DNA of 64,000 nucleotides from the human T2T-CHM13v2.0 reference genome, Homo sapiens: the NCBI RefSeq assembly GCF_009914755.1, contig NC_060933.1, one strand, 5' to 3'. Of the stretch, positions 12,391 through 26,500 are shown piece by piece. The notes under the pieces were generated by a model, which searched no databases, was not told the origin of the DNA, and saw only the letters and a program-made list of their open reading frames with translations. Position 1 is the stretch's first letter. Each line of letters starts with the position of its first letter. The position numbers were made by a program, and so were the translations under genes.

Positions 12391-15300
12391 GGAATTGAAT
12401 GGAATGGAATGGAATGGAAAGGAATGGAATGTAATGAAATGGAATGGAATGGAATGCAATGGAATGGAATCAACCCGAGTGCAATCGAATGGAATCGAAT
12501 GGAATGGAATGCAATGGAATGGATTCAACTTGAATGGAATGGAAAGAATTGAATCAACACGAGCGGAATGGCATGGATTGGAATGGAATGGAATGGAGTC
12601 AACCCGAATACAGGGGAATGGAATGGAATGGAATGCAATGGAATGGAATCATCCGTAATGGAATGGAATGGAATGGAATGGAATGGAATGGAATGGAATG
12701 GAATGGAATCAACTCGATTGCAATCGAATGAAATGGAATGGAATTAACCCGAATAGAATGGAATGGAATGGATTGGAACGGAACGGAACGGAATGGAATG
12801 GAATGGAACGGAAAGGAATGGAATGGAATGGAATGGAATGGAATATAATCAACGCGAGTGCAGGGGAATGGAATGTAATGGAATGCAATGGAATGGAATC
12901 TTCCGGAATGGAATGGAATGGAATGGAATCAACCTGAGTGCAATGGAATGAAGTGGAATGGAATGGAATGGAAAGAAACAACCCGAATGGAATGGAATGT
13001 AATGGAGAGTAAGGGAGTTGAATAGAATCAATCCGAATGTAATGGAATGGAATGGAACGGAATGGAATGGAATGAAATAGAATGGAATGCAATGGATTCA
13101 ACTCGATTGCAATGGAATGGAATAGAATGGAATGGAATGGACTGGAATGGTATGGAATGGAATGGAATGGTACGGAATAGAATGGAATGGAAATAATTGG
13201 AATGGAATGGAATCGAATGGAATGGAATGGAATGGAATGGAATCAACCCGAGTGCAGGGGAATGTAATGGAACGGAATGTAATGGAATGGAATCATCCGG
13301 AATGGAATGGAATGGAATGGAATGGAATGGAACCAACTCGATTGTGATGGAATGGAATGGAATGGAATGGAATGGAATGGAATGGAATTAACCCGAATAC
13401 AATGGAGTGGAATGGAATGGAACGGAATGGAGTTGAATGGAATGGAATCAACCCGAGTGCAGGGGAATGGAATGGAATGGAATGGAATGCAATGGAATGG
13501 AATCATCCGGAATGGAATGGAATGGAATGGAATGCAAAGCAATGGAATCAATTCGATTGCAATGGAATGGAATGGAATGGAAAGGAATACATTGGAATCA
13601 ACCCGAGTGGAATGGAATGGAAAGGACTGGAATGGAGTGGAATGGAATGGAATGGAATGGAATGGAATCAACTCGATTGGAATGGAATGGAATGGAATGG
13701 AATGGAATTAACCCGAATAGAATGGAATGGAATGGAATGGAATGGAATGCAATGGAATGGAATCATCCGTAATGGAATGGAAAGGAATGGAATGGAATGG
13801 AATGGAAAGGAATGGAATGGAATGGAATCAACTCGATTGCAGTCGAATGGAATGGAATGGAATTAACCCGAATAGAATGGAATGGAATGGAATGGAACGG
13901 AACGGAACGGAACGGAACGGAATGGAATGGAATGGAATGGAATGGAATGGAACGGAAAGGAATGGAATGGAATGGAATGGAATGGAATGGAATGGAATCA
14001 ACGCGAGTGCAGGGGAATGGAATGGAATGGAATGCAATGGAATGGAATGTTCCGGAATGGAATGGAATGGAATGGAATGGAATGGAATGGAATCAACCTG
14101 AGTGCAATGGAATGGACTGGAATGGAATGGAATGGAATGGAACAACCCGAATGGAATGGAATGTAATGGAGAGTAAGGGAGTTGAATAGAATCAATCCGA
14201 ATGTAATGGAATGGAATGGAACGGAATGGAATTGAATGGAATGGAATGGAATGCAATGGAATGGAATCAACCCGAGTGCAATGGAATGGAGAGGAATGGA
14301 ATGGAATGGAATGGAAACTACCCGAATGGAATGGAATGTAATGGAGTGTAAGGGAATTGAATAGAATCAATCCGAATGGAATGGAAAGGAATGGAACGGA
14401 ATGGAATGGAATGGAATGGAATGGACTGGAATGGAATGCAATGGAATGGAATCAACCCGAGTGCAATCGAATGGAATCGAATGGAATGGAATGCAATGGA
14501 ATGGATTCAACTTGAATGGAATGGAAAGAATGGAATCAACACGAGTGGAAGGGCATGGATTGGAATGCAATGGAATGGAATCAACCCGAGTACAGGGGAA
14601 TGGAATGGAATGGAATGCAATGGAATGGAATCATCCGTAATGGAATGGAAAGGAATGGAATGGAATGGAATGGAATGGAATGGAATGGAATGGAATCAAC
14701 AGGATTACAACAGAATGGAATGGAATGGAATTAACCCGAATAGAATGGAATGGAATGGAATGGAACGGAACGGAACGGAACGGAATGGAATGGAATGGAA
14801 TGGAATGGAATGGAAATGAATGGAACGGAACGGAACGGAATGGAATGGAATGGAATGGAATGGAATGGAATCAACGCGAGTGCAGGGGAATGGAATGTAA
14901 TGGAATGCAATGGAATGGAATCTTCCGGAATGGAATGGAATGGAATGGAATGGAATAAACCCGAGTGCAATGGAATGGAGTGGAATGGAATGGAATGGAA
15001 TGTAACAACCCGAATGAAATGTAATGTAATGGAGAGTAAGGGAGTTGAATAGAATCAATCCGAATGTAATGGAATGGAATGGAACGGAATGGAATTGAAT
15101 GGAATGGAATGGAATGCAATGGAATGGAATCAACCCGAGTGCAATGGAATGGAGAGGAATGGAATGGAATGGACTGGAAACTACCCGAATGGAATGGAAT
15201 GTAATGGAGTGTAAGGGAATTGAATAGAATCAATCCGAATGTAATGGAAAGGAATGGAACTGAATGGAATGGAATGGAATGGAATGGAATGGAATGGAAT

Positions 15301-16529
15301 GGAATGGAATGCAATGGAATGGAATCAACCCGAGTGCAATCGAATGGAATCGATTGGAATGGAATGCAATGGAATGGAATCAACTCGATTGCAATCGAAT
15401 GGAATGGAATGGAATTAACCCGAATAGAATGGAATGGAATGGAATGGAAAGGAACGGAATGGAATAGAATGGAATGGAATGGAATGAAATGCAATGGATT
15501 CAACTCGATTGCAATGGAATGGAATACAATGGAATGGAACGGAATGGAATAGAATTAACCCGAATAGAATGGAATGGAATGTAATGGAACGGAATGGAAC
15601 GGAATGGAATGGAATGGAATGGAATGGAATGGTATGGAATGGAATGGAATGGTACGGAATAGAATGGAATGTAACGAATTGTAATGGAATGGAATTGAAT
15701 GGAATGGAATGGAATCAACGCGAGTGCAGGGGAATGTAATGGAACGGAATGCAATGGAATGGAATCATCCGGAATGGAATGGAATGGAATGGAATGGAAT
15801 GGAATGGAATAAACCCGAGTGCAATGGAATGGAGTGGAATGGAATGGAATGGAATAGAATGCAATGGAATGGAATCAACCCGAGTGCAATCGAATGGAAT
15901 GGAATGGAATGGAATGGAATGGAATGCCTTCAAACCGAATGGAATGGAAAGGAATGGAATCAACACGAGTGGAATGGAATGGAATGGAATCGAATGGAAT
16001 GGAATGGAATGATACGGAATAGAATGGAATGGAACGAAATGGAATGGAATCGAATGGAATGGAATGGAATGGATTCAACTTGAATGGAATGGAAAGAATG
16101 GAATCAACACGAGTGAAATGGCATGGATTGGAATGGAATGGAATGGAATGAACCCGAGTACAGGGGAATGGAATGGAACGGAATGCAATGGAATGGAATC
16201 ATCCGGAATGGAATGGAATGGAATGGAATGGAAACAACCAGAATGGATTGGAATATAATGGAGTGTAAGGGAATTGAATAGAATCAATCTGAATGTAATG
16301 AAATGGAATGGAATGGAATGGAATGGAATGGAATCGAATGGAATGGAATGGAATGGAATCAACCCGAGTGCAATGGAATGGATTCGAATGGAATGGAATG
16401 GAGTGGAATGGATTCAACCCGAATGGAATGGAAAGGAATGGAATCAACCCGAGTGGAATCGCATGGAATGCAATGGAATGGAATGGAATGGAATGGAATG
16501 GAATGGAATGGAATGGAATGGAATGGAAT

Positions 16530-17032
16530 CAAGTAGATTGCAATGGAATGGAATGGAATGGAATGGAACGGATTGGAATGGAATGGAATGGAATGGAATG
16601 CAATTAAATGGAATGGAATGGAATGGAAGAAACCCGAGTGCAGGGGAATGGAATGGAATGGAATGCAATGGAATGGAATGGAATGGAATGGAATGGAATG
16701 GAATGGAATGGAATGGAATCAACCCGAGTGGAATGGCATGGAATGGAATGCAATGGAATGGCATGGAATGGAATCAACTCGAGTGGAAAGGAATGGAATG
16801 GAATGGAATGGAATGGAATGAAATCAACTCGAGTGGAATGGAATGGAACGGAATGGATTGGAATGGATTGCAATGGAATGAAATGCAATGGAATGGAATG
16901 GCATCAATCATTCCGAGTGGAATGGAAGGGAATGTAACGGAGTGGAAAGAAGGGAATGGAATCAACCCGAGTGGAATGCAAGGCAATGGAATGGAATGGA
17001 AAGGAATGGAATGGAATCAACTCGATTGCAAT
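16530..17032 (+). repeat. Two-copy ~0.5-kb atypical cassette, copy 2
   Basis: Same ordered rare words as 11908-12390, at an offset of ~4620-4640. Confidence 0.8.
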
Positions 17033-17159
17033 GGAATGGAATGGAATGGAATGGAATGGAACGGAACGGAATGGAATGGAATGGAATGGAATGGAATGGA
17101 ATGGAATGGAATGGAATCAACGCGAATGCAGGGGAATGGAATGGAATGGAATGCAATGG

Positions 17160-19000
17160 AATGGAATCATCCGGAATGGAATGGAATGGAATGGAATGGA
17201 ATCAACTCGATTTCAATGGAATGGAATGGAATAGACTGGAATGGAATTAACACGAATAGAATGGAATGGAATGGAATGGAATGGAATTAACCCGAATAGA
17301 ATGGAATGGAATGGAATTGAACGGAATGTAACGGAATGGAATGGAATGGAATGGAATGGAATGGTATGGAATGGAATGGAATGGAATCATCTCGATTGTA
17401 ATGGAATGGAATGGAATGGAATGGAGTGCAATGGAATGGAATGGAATGGAATTAACCCGAATACAATGGAATGGAATGGAATGGAATGGAATGGAGTGGA
17501 ATGGAATGGAATCAACCCGAGTGCACAGGAATGGAATGGAATGGAATGCAATGGAATGGAATCATCCGGAATGGAATGGAACGGAATGGAATGCAAAACA
17601 ATTCAATCAACTCGATTGCAATGGAATGGAATGGAATGTATATGAATAGAATGGAATCAACCCGAGGGAATGGAATGGAAAGGACTGGAATGGAGTGGAA
17701 TGGAATGGAACGGAATGGAATGGAATCAACTCGATTGGAATGGAGTGCAATGGAATTTGAATGGAATGGAATGGAATGGAATGGAATGGAATTTACCCGA
17801 ATAGAATGGAATGGAATGGAAAGGAATGGAACGGAATGGAATGGAATGGAATGGAATGGAATGGAATGGAATGGAATCAACCCGACTGCACGGGAATGGA
17901 ATGGATTGCAATGCAATGGAATGGAATCATCCGGAACGGAATGGAATGGAATGGAATGGAATCAACTCGATTGCAATGGAATGGAATGGAATGGAATGGA
18001 ATGGAATGGAATGGAATGGAGTGGAATGGAATGGAATTAACACGAATAGAATGGAATGGAATGGAATGGAAAGGAATGGAAGGGAATGGAATGGAATGTA
18101 ATCAACCCGAGTGCAGGGGAATGGAATGGAATTGAATGCAATGGAATGGAATCATCCGGAATGCAATGGAATGGAATGGAATGGAATGGAATGGAATCAA
18201 CTCGATTTCAATGGAATGGAATGTAATAGAATGGAATGGAATTAACACGAATAGAATGGAATGGAATGGAATGGAATGGAACGGAAAGGAATGGAATGGA
18301 ATGGAATGGAATCAACCCAAGTGCAGGGGAATGGAATGGAATGGAATTCAATGGAATGGAATCATCCGGAATGGAATGGAATGGAATGGAATGGAACGGA
18401 ATGGAACGGAATGGAACGGAATGGAATGGAATGGAATGGAATGGAATGGAATGGTATGGAATGGAATGGAATGGAATCAACTCGATTATAATGGAATGGA
18501 ATGGAATGGAATGGAATGGAATTAACCCGAATACAATGGAATGGAATGGAATGGAACGGAATGGAGTGGAATGGAATGGAATCAACCCGAGTGCAGGGGA
18601 ATGGAATGGAATGGAATGCAATGGAATGGAATCATCCGGAATGGAATGCAATGGAATGGAATGCAAAACAATGGAATCAACTCGATTGCAATGGAATGGA
18701 ATGGAATGGAAATGAATAAAATGGAATCAACCCGAGTGGAATGGAATGGAAAGGACTGGAATGGAGTGGAATGGAATGGAAAGGAATGGAATGGAATCAA
18801 CTCGATTGGAATGGAGTGGAATGGAATTTGAATGGAATGGAATGGAATGGAGTTGACCCGAATAGAATGGAATGGAATGGAATGGAATGGAACGGAATGG
18901 AATGGAATGGAATGGAATGGAATGGAATGGAATCAACCCGACTGCACGGGAATGGAATGGAATGGAATGCAATGGAATGGAATCATCCGGAATGGAATAG
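17160..19000 (+). repeat. Two diverged tandem copies of a ~1.0-1.07-kb unit
   Basis: Paired markers: CTCGATTTCA (~17206/18201), GCAAAACAAT (17593/18663), GGAATTTGAAT (~17752/18823) and CCCGACTGCACGGG (17881/~18937). Confidence 0.7.
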
Positions 19001-19029
19001 AATGGAATGGAATGGAATGGAATGCAATG

Positions 19030-22000
19030 GAATGGAATCATCCGGAATGGAATAGAATGGAATGGAATGGAAAGGAATGGAAACATCCCGAATGGAATGG
19101 AATGTATTGGAGTGTAAGGGAATTGAATAGAATCAGTCTCAATGTAATGGAAGGGAATGGAATGAAATGGAATGGAATGGAATGCAATGGAATGGAATCA
19201 AACCGAGTGCAATGGAATGGATTCGAATGGAATGGAATGGAATGGAATGGATTCAACAAGAATGGAATGGAAAGGAATGGAATCAACCCGAGTGTAATGG
19301 CGTGGAATGGAATGGAATGGAATGGGATGGAATGGAATGGTACGGAATAGAATGGAATGGAATGAAATGGAATGGAATGGAATGGAATGGAATGGAATGG
19401 AATGGAATGGAATGGAATGGTATCAACTCGATTGCAATGGAATGGAATGGAATGGAAGGGAATAGAATGGAATCAACCCCACTGGAATGGAATGGAAAGG
19501 ACTGGAATGGACTGGAATGGAATGGAATGGAATGGAATCAAATCGATTGGAATGCAATGGAATGGAATGGAATGGAGTCGAATCAACTAGATTGCAATGG
19601 AATGGAATGGAACGGAATGGAACGGAATGGAATGGAATGGAATAGAATTTACCCGAATAGAATGGAATGGAATGGAATGGAACGGAATGAAATGGAATGA
19701 AATGGAATGGAATCAACCCGAGTGCAGGGGAATGGAATGGAATGGAATGTCATGGAATGCAATCATCCGGAATGGAATGGAATGGAATGGAATGGAGTGG
19801 AATGGAATGGAATGGAATCAACTCGATTGCAATGGAGTGGAATGGAATGGAAAGGAATGGAAGGGAATGGAATGGAATGTAATCAACCCGAGTGCAGGGG
19901 AATGGAATGGAATGGAATGCAATGGAATGGAATCATCCAGAATGGAATGGAATGGAATGGAATGGAATACAATCAACCCGATGCAATGGAATGGAGTGGA
20001 ATGGAATGGAATGGAATGGAAACATCCCGAATGGAATGTAATGTAATGGAGTGTAAGGGAATTGAATAGAATAAATCCGAATGTAATGGAATGGAATGGA
20101 ATGAAATGGAATGGAATGGAATGGAATGGAATCAACCCGAGTGCAATGGAATGGATTCGAATGGAATGGAATGGAATGGAATGGATTCAACAGGAATGGA
20201 ATGGAAAGGAATGGAATCAACCCGAGTGTAATGGCATGGAATGGAATGGAATGGAATGGAATGGGATGGAATGGAATGGTACGGAATAGAATGGAATGGA
20301 ATGAAATGGAATGGAATGGAATTTAATGGAATGGAATGGAATGAACCCGTGTGCAATGGAATGGAATGGAATGGAATGGAATGTATGCAACTCGAATGGA
20401 ATAAACTCGATTGCAATGGAATGGAATGGAATGGAAAGGAATAGAATGGAATCAACCCAAGTGGAATGGAAAGGAAAGGACTGGAATGGAGTGGAATGGA
20501 ATGGAATGGAATGGAATCAAATCGATTGGAATGGAATGGAAAGGAATGGAATGGAATGGAATGGAATGGAATCAACTCGATTGGAATGGAATGGAATGGA
20601 ATGGAATGGAATGGAATGGTATTAACCTGAATAGAATGGAATGGAATGGAATGGAACGGAATGTAATGGAATGAAATGGAATGGAATCAATACGAGTGCA
20701 GGGGAATGGAATGGAATGGAATGCAATGGAATGCAATCATCCGGAATGGAAAGGAATGGAATGGAATGGAATGGAATGGAATGGAATGGAATGGAATGGA
20801 ATGGAATCAACTCGATTGCAATGGAGTGGAATGGAATGGAAAGGAATGGAAGGGAATGGAATGGAATGTAATCAACCCGAGTGCAGGGGAATGGAATGGA
20901 ATGGAATGCAATGGAATGGAATCATCCGGAATGGAATGGATTGGAATGGAATGCAATCAACCCGATGCAATGGAATGGAGTGGAATGGAATGGAATGGAA
21001 TGGAAACATCCCGAATGGAATGGAATGTAATGGAGTGTAAGGGAATTGAATAGAATCAATCCGAATGTAATGGAATGGAAAGGAATGAAATGGAATGGAA
21101 TGGAATGGAATGGAATCAACCCGAGTGCAATGGAATGGATTCGAATGGAATGGAATGGAATGGAATGGATTCAACAAGAATGGAATGCAAAGGAATGGAA
21201 TCAACCCGAGTGTAATGGCATGGAATGGAATGGAATCGAATGCAATGGGATGGAATGGAATGGAATGGAATGGAATGGGATGGAATGGAATGGTACGGAA
21301 TAGAATGGAATGGAATGAAATGGAATGGAATGGAATTTAATGGAATGGAATGGAATGAACCCGTGTGCAATGTAATAGAATGAAATGGAATGGAATGGAT
21401 TCAACTCGAATGGAATCAACTCGATTGCAATGGAATGGATTGGAATGGAAAGGAATAGAATGGAATCAACCAGAGTGGAATGGAATGCAAAGGACTGGAA
21501 TGGAGTGGAATGGAATGGAATGGAATGGAATGGAATCAACTCGATTGGAATGGAATGGAATGGAATGGAATGGAATTAACCAGAATAGAATGGAATGGAA
21601 TGGAATGGAATGGAACCGAACGGAATGGAGTGGAATGGAATGGAATGGAATGGAATCAACCCGACTGCACGGGAATGGAATGGAATGGAATGCAATGGAA
21701 TGGAATCATCCGGAACGGAATGGAATGGAATGGAATGGAATCAACTCGATTGCAATGGAATGGAATGAAATGGAATGGAATGGAATGGAATGGAGTTGAA
21801 TGGAATGGAATTAACCCGAATAGAATGGAATGGAATGGAATGGTAAGGAATGGAAGGGAATGGAATGGAATGTAATCAACCCGAGTGCAGGGGAATGGAA
21901 TGGAATTGAATGCAATGGAACGGAATCATACGGAATGGAATGGAATGGAATGGAATGATCCCGATGCAATGGAATGGAATGGAATGGAATGGAATGGAAT

Positions 22001-23560
22001 GGAATGGAATGGAAACATCACGAATGGAATGGAATGTAATGGAGTGTAAGGCAATTGAATAGAACCAGTCCGAATGAAATGGAAGGGAATGGAATGAAAT
22101 GGAATGGAATGGAATGGAATGGATCAAACCGAGTGCAATGGAATGGATTCGAATGGAATGGAATGGATTCGAATATAATGGAATGGAATGGAATGGATTC
22201 AACAAGAATGGAATGGAAAGGAATGGAATCAACCCGAGTGTAATGGCATGGAATGGAATGGAATGGAACGGGATGGAATGGAATGGTACGGAATAGAATG
22301 GAATGGAATGAAATGGAATGGAATGGAATGGAATGAACCCGTGTGCAATGGAATGGAATGGAATGGAATGGAATGGATTCAACTCGAAAGGAATCAACTC
22401 GATTGCAATGGAATGGAATGGAATGGAAAGGAATAGACTGGAATCAACCCGAGTGGAATGGAATTCAAAGGACTGGAATGGAGTGGAATGGAATGGAAGC
22501 AATGGAATCAAATCGATTGGAATGGAATGGAATGGAATGGAATGGAATGGAATCAACTCGATTGCAATGGAATGGAATGGAATGGAATTTTAATGGAATG
22601 GAATGGAATTAACTCGAATAGAATGGAATGGAATGGAATGGAACGGAATGAAATGGAATGAAATGGAATGGAATCAACCCGAGTGCAGGGAAATGGAATG
22701 GAATGGAATGCAATGGAATGCAATCATCCGGAATGGAATGGAATGGAATGGAATGGAATGGAATGGAATCAACTCGATTGCAATGGAGTGGAATGGAATG
22801 GAAACGAATGGAAGGGAATGGAATGGAATGTAATCAACCCGAGTGCAGGGGAATGGAATGGAATGGAATGCAATGGAATGGAATCATCCGGAATGGAATG
22901 GAATGGAATGGAATGCAATCAACCCAATGCAATGGAATGGAGTGGAATGGAATGGAATGGAATGGAATGGAAACTTCCCGAATGGAATGGAATGTAATGG
23001 AGTGTAAGGGAATTGAATAGAATCAATCCGAATGTAATGGAATGGAATGGAATGAAATGGAATGGAGTGGAATGGAATGGAATCAACCCGAGTGCAATGG
23101 AATGGATTCGAATGGAATGGAATGGAATGGAATGGATTCAACAAGAATGGAATGGAAAGGAGTGGAATCAACCCGAGTGTAATGGCATGGAATGGAATGG
23201 AATGGAATGGAATGGGATGGAATGGAATGGTACGGAATAGAATGGAATGGAATGGAATGGAATGAAATGGAGTGGAATGGAATTTAATGGAATGGAATGG
23301 AATGAAACTGTGTGCAATGTAATGGAATGGAATGGAATGGAATGGATTCAACTCGAATGGAATCAACCCGATTGCAATGGAATGGAATGGAATGGAAAGG
23401 AATAGAAAGGAATCAACCCGAGTGGAATGGAATGGAAAAGACTGGAATGGAGTGGAATGGAATGGAATGGAATTAACCCGAATAGAATGCAATGGAACGG
23501 AATGGAACGGAATGGAATGGAATGGAATGGAATGGATTCAACCCGAGTGCAGGGGAATGG
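19030..23560 (+). repeat. Five-copy tandem subarray of a ~0.94-1.03-kb unit with its own motif vocabulary
   Basis: AAACATCCCG-type words at 19081, 20020, 21004, 22013 and 22971; TTCAACA(A/G)GAAT at ~19252, 20186, 21170, 22198 and 23137. Also carries GGATTCGAAT, CCCGAGTGTAATGGC, GGGATGG and GAACCCGTGTGCAAT. Confidence 0.85.
22969..22983. promoter_or_regulatory. Perfect HSE motif of independent origin (gGAAa cTTCc cGAAt), overlapping a TonE-consensus match
   Basis: An A>T change in the subarray word AAACATCCCG gives nGAAnnTTCnnGAAn. TGGAAACTTCC at 22968-22978 also fits TGGAAANNYNY. Motif match only. Confidence 0.35.
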
Positions 23561-26500
23561 AATGGAATGGAATGCAATGGAATGGAATCATCCGGAATGG
23601 AATGGAATTGAATGGAATGGAATGGAATCAACTCGATTTCAATGGAATGGAATGGAATAGAATGGAATGGAATTAACACGAATAGAATGGAATGGAATTG
23701 AATGGAATGGATTGGAACGGAAAGGAATGGAATGGAATGGAATGGAATCAACCCAAGTGCAGGGGAATGGAATGGAATGGAATTCAATGGAATGGAATCA
23801 TCCGGAATGGAATGGAATGGAATGGAATGGAATGGAATGGAATCAACCCGAGTGCAATGGAATGGAGAAGAATGGAATGGAATGGAATGGAAACTACCCG
23901 AATGGAATGGAATGTAATGGAGTGTAAGGGAATTGAATAGAATCAATCCGAAAGTAATGGAATGGAACGGAACGGAATGGAATGCAATGGAATGGAATCA
24001 ACCCGAGTGCAATCGAATGGAATCGAATGGAATGGAATGCAATGGAATGGATTCAACTTGAATGGAATGGAAAGAATGGAATCAACAGGAGTGGAATGGC
24101 ATGGAATGGAATGGAATGGAATGAAATCAAACCGATAACAGGGGAATGGAATGGAATGGAATGCCATGGAATGGAATCATCCGTAATGTAATGGAAAGGA
24201 ATGGAATGGAATGGAATGGAATGGAATGGAATGGAATGGAATCAACTCGATTGCAATCGAATGGAATGGAATGGAATTAACCCGAATAGAATGGAATGGA
24301 ATGCAACGGAACGGAACGGAACGGAATGGAATGGAATGGAATGGAACGGAACGGAACGGAATGGAATGGAATGCAATGGAATGGAATCAACGCGAGTGCA
24401 GGGGAATGGAATGGAATGGATTGCAATGGAATGGAATCAACCGGAATGGAATGGAATGGAATGGAATGGAATGGAATGGAATGGAATGGAATCGTTCCGA
24501 GTGGAATAGGAGAGAATGTATTCGAGTGGAATGGAAAGGAATGGAATCAACCAGAGTGGAATGGAAGGGAATGGAATGGAATGGAAACTAATAGAATGGA
24601 ATCAACCCGAGTGGAATGGAATGGAAAGGACTGGAATGGAATGGAATGGAATGGAATGGAATGGAATCAACTCGATTGTAATGGAATGGAATGGAATGGA
24701 ATGGAATGGAATGGAATGGAATGGAATTAACCCGAATACAATGGATTGGAATGGAATGGAATGCAATGGAATGGAATCATCCGTAATGGAATGGAAAGGA
24801 ATGGAATGGAATGGAACGGAATGGAATGGAATGGAATGGAATGGAATCAACTCGATTGCATTCGAATGGAATGGAATGGAATTAACCCGAATAGAATGGA
24901 ATGGAATGGAATGGAACGGAACGGAACGGAACGGAATGGAATGGAATGGAATGGAATGGAATGGAATGGAACGGAAAGGAATGGAATGGAACGGAATGGA
25001 ATGGAATGGAATGGAACGGAACGGAATGGAATGGAATGGAATGGAATTGAATGGAATGGAATGGAATCAACCCAACTGCAGGGGAATGGAATGGAATGCA
25101 ATGCAATGGAATGGAATCATGCGGAACGGAATGCAATGGAATGGAATGGAATCAACACGAGTGCAATGGAATGGAGTGGAATGGAATGGAATGGAATGGA
25201 ATGGAACTACCCGAATGGAATGGAATGTAATGGAGAGTAAGGGAGTTGAATAGAATCAATCCGAATGTAATGGAAAGGAATGGAAAGGAATGGAATGGAA
25301 TGGAATGGAATGCAATGGAATGGAATCAAACCGAGTACAATGGATTGGAATGGAATGGAATGGAATGGAATGGAATGGAATGGAATCAACACGAGTGCAA
25401 TGGAATGGAGTGGAATGGAATGGAATGGAATGGAACAACGCGAATGGAATGGAATGTAATGGAGAGTAAGGGAGTTGAATAGAAACAATCCGAATGTAAT
25501 GGAATGGAACGGAATGGAATGGAATGGAATGGAATGGAATGGAATTAACCCGAGTACAGGGGAATGGAATGGAATGGAATGCAATGGAATGGAATCATCC
25601 GTAATGGAATGGAAATGAATGGAATGGAATGGAATGGAATGGAATGGAATGGAATGGAATCAACTCGATTGCAATGGAATGGAATGGAATGGAATTAACC
25701 CGAATAGAATGGAATGGAATGGAATGGAACGGAACGGAACGGAATGCAATGGAATGGAATGGAATGGAACGGAAAGGAATGGAATGGAATGGAATGGAAT
25801 GGAATGGAATGGAATGGAATGGAATCAACGCGAGTGCAGGGGAATGGAATGGAATCGAATGGAATGGAATGGAATGGAATGGAATCAACCCGAGTGCAGG
25901 GGAATGTAATGGAACGGAATGCAATGGAATGGAATCATCCGGAATGCAATGGAATGGAATGGAATCAACCGAGTGCAATGGAATGGAGTGGAATGGAATG
26001 GAATGGAATGGAACAACCCGAATGGAATGGAATGTAATGGAGAGTAAGGGAGTTGAAAAGAATCAATCCGAAAGTAATGGAATGGAATGGAATGGAATGG
26101 AATGGAATGGAATGGAATGGAATCAACCCGAGTGCAATGGAATGGAGAGGAATGGAATGGAATGGAATGGAAACTACCCGAATGGAATGGAATGTAATAG
26201 AGTGTAAGGGAATTGAATAGAATCAATCCGAATGTAATGAAATGGAATGGAACGGAATGGAATGGAATGGAATGTAATGGAATGGAATGGAATGCAATGG
26301 AATGGAATAAACCCGAGTGCAATGGAATGGAATCGAATGGAATGGAATGCAATGGAATGGATTCAACTTGAATGGAATGGAAAGAATGGAATCAACACGA
26401 GTGGAATCGCATGGAATGGAATGGAATTGAATGGAATCAACCCGAGTACAGGGGAATGGAATGGAATGGAATGGAATGGAATGGAATGGAATGGAATCAT

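Noticed and set aside
18150-23810. LTR-element interpretation of the direct-repeat-bounded 5.4-kb block
   Set aside because: Both the interior and the repeats are pure satellite. There is no coding sequence, PBS/PPT or target-site duplication.
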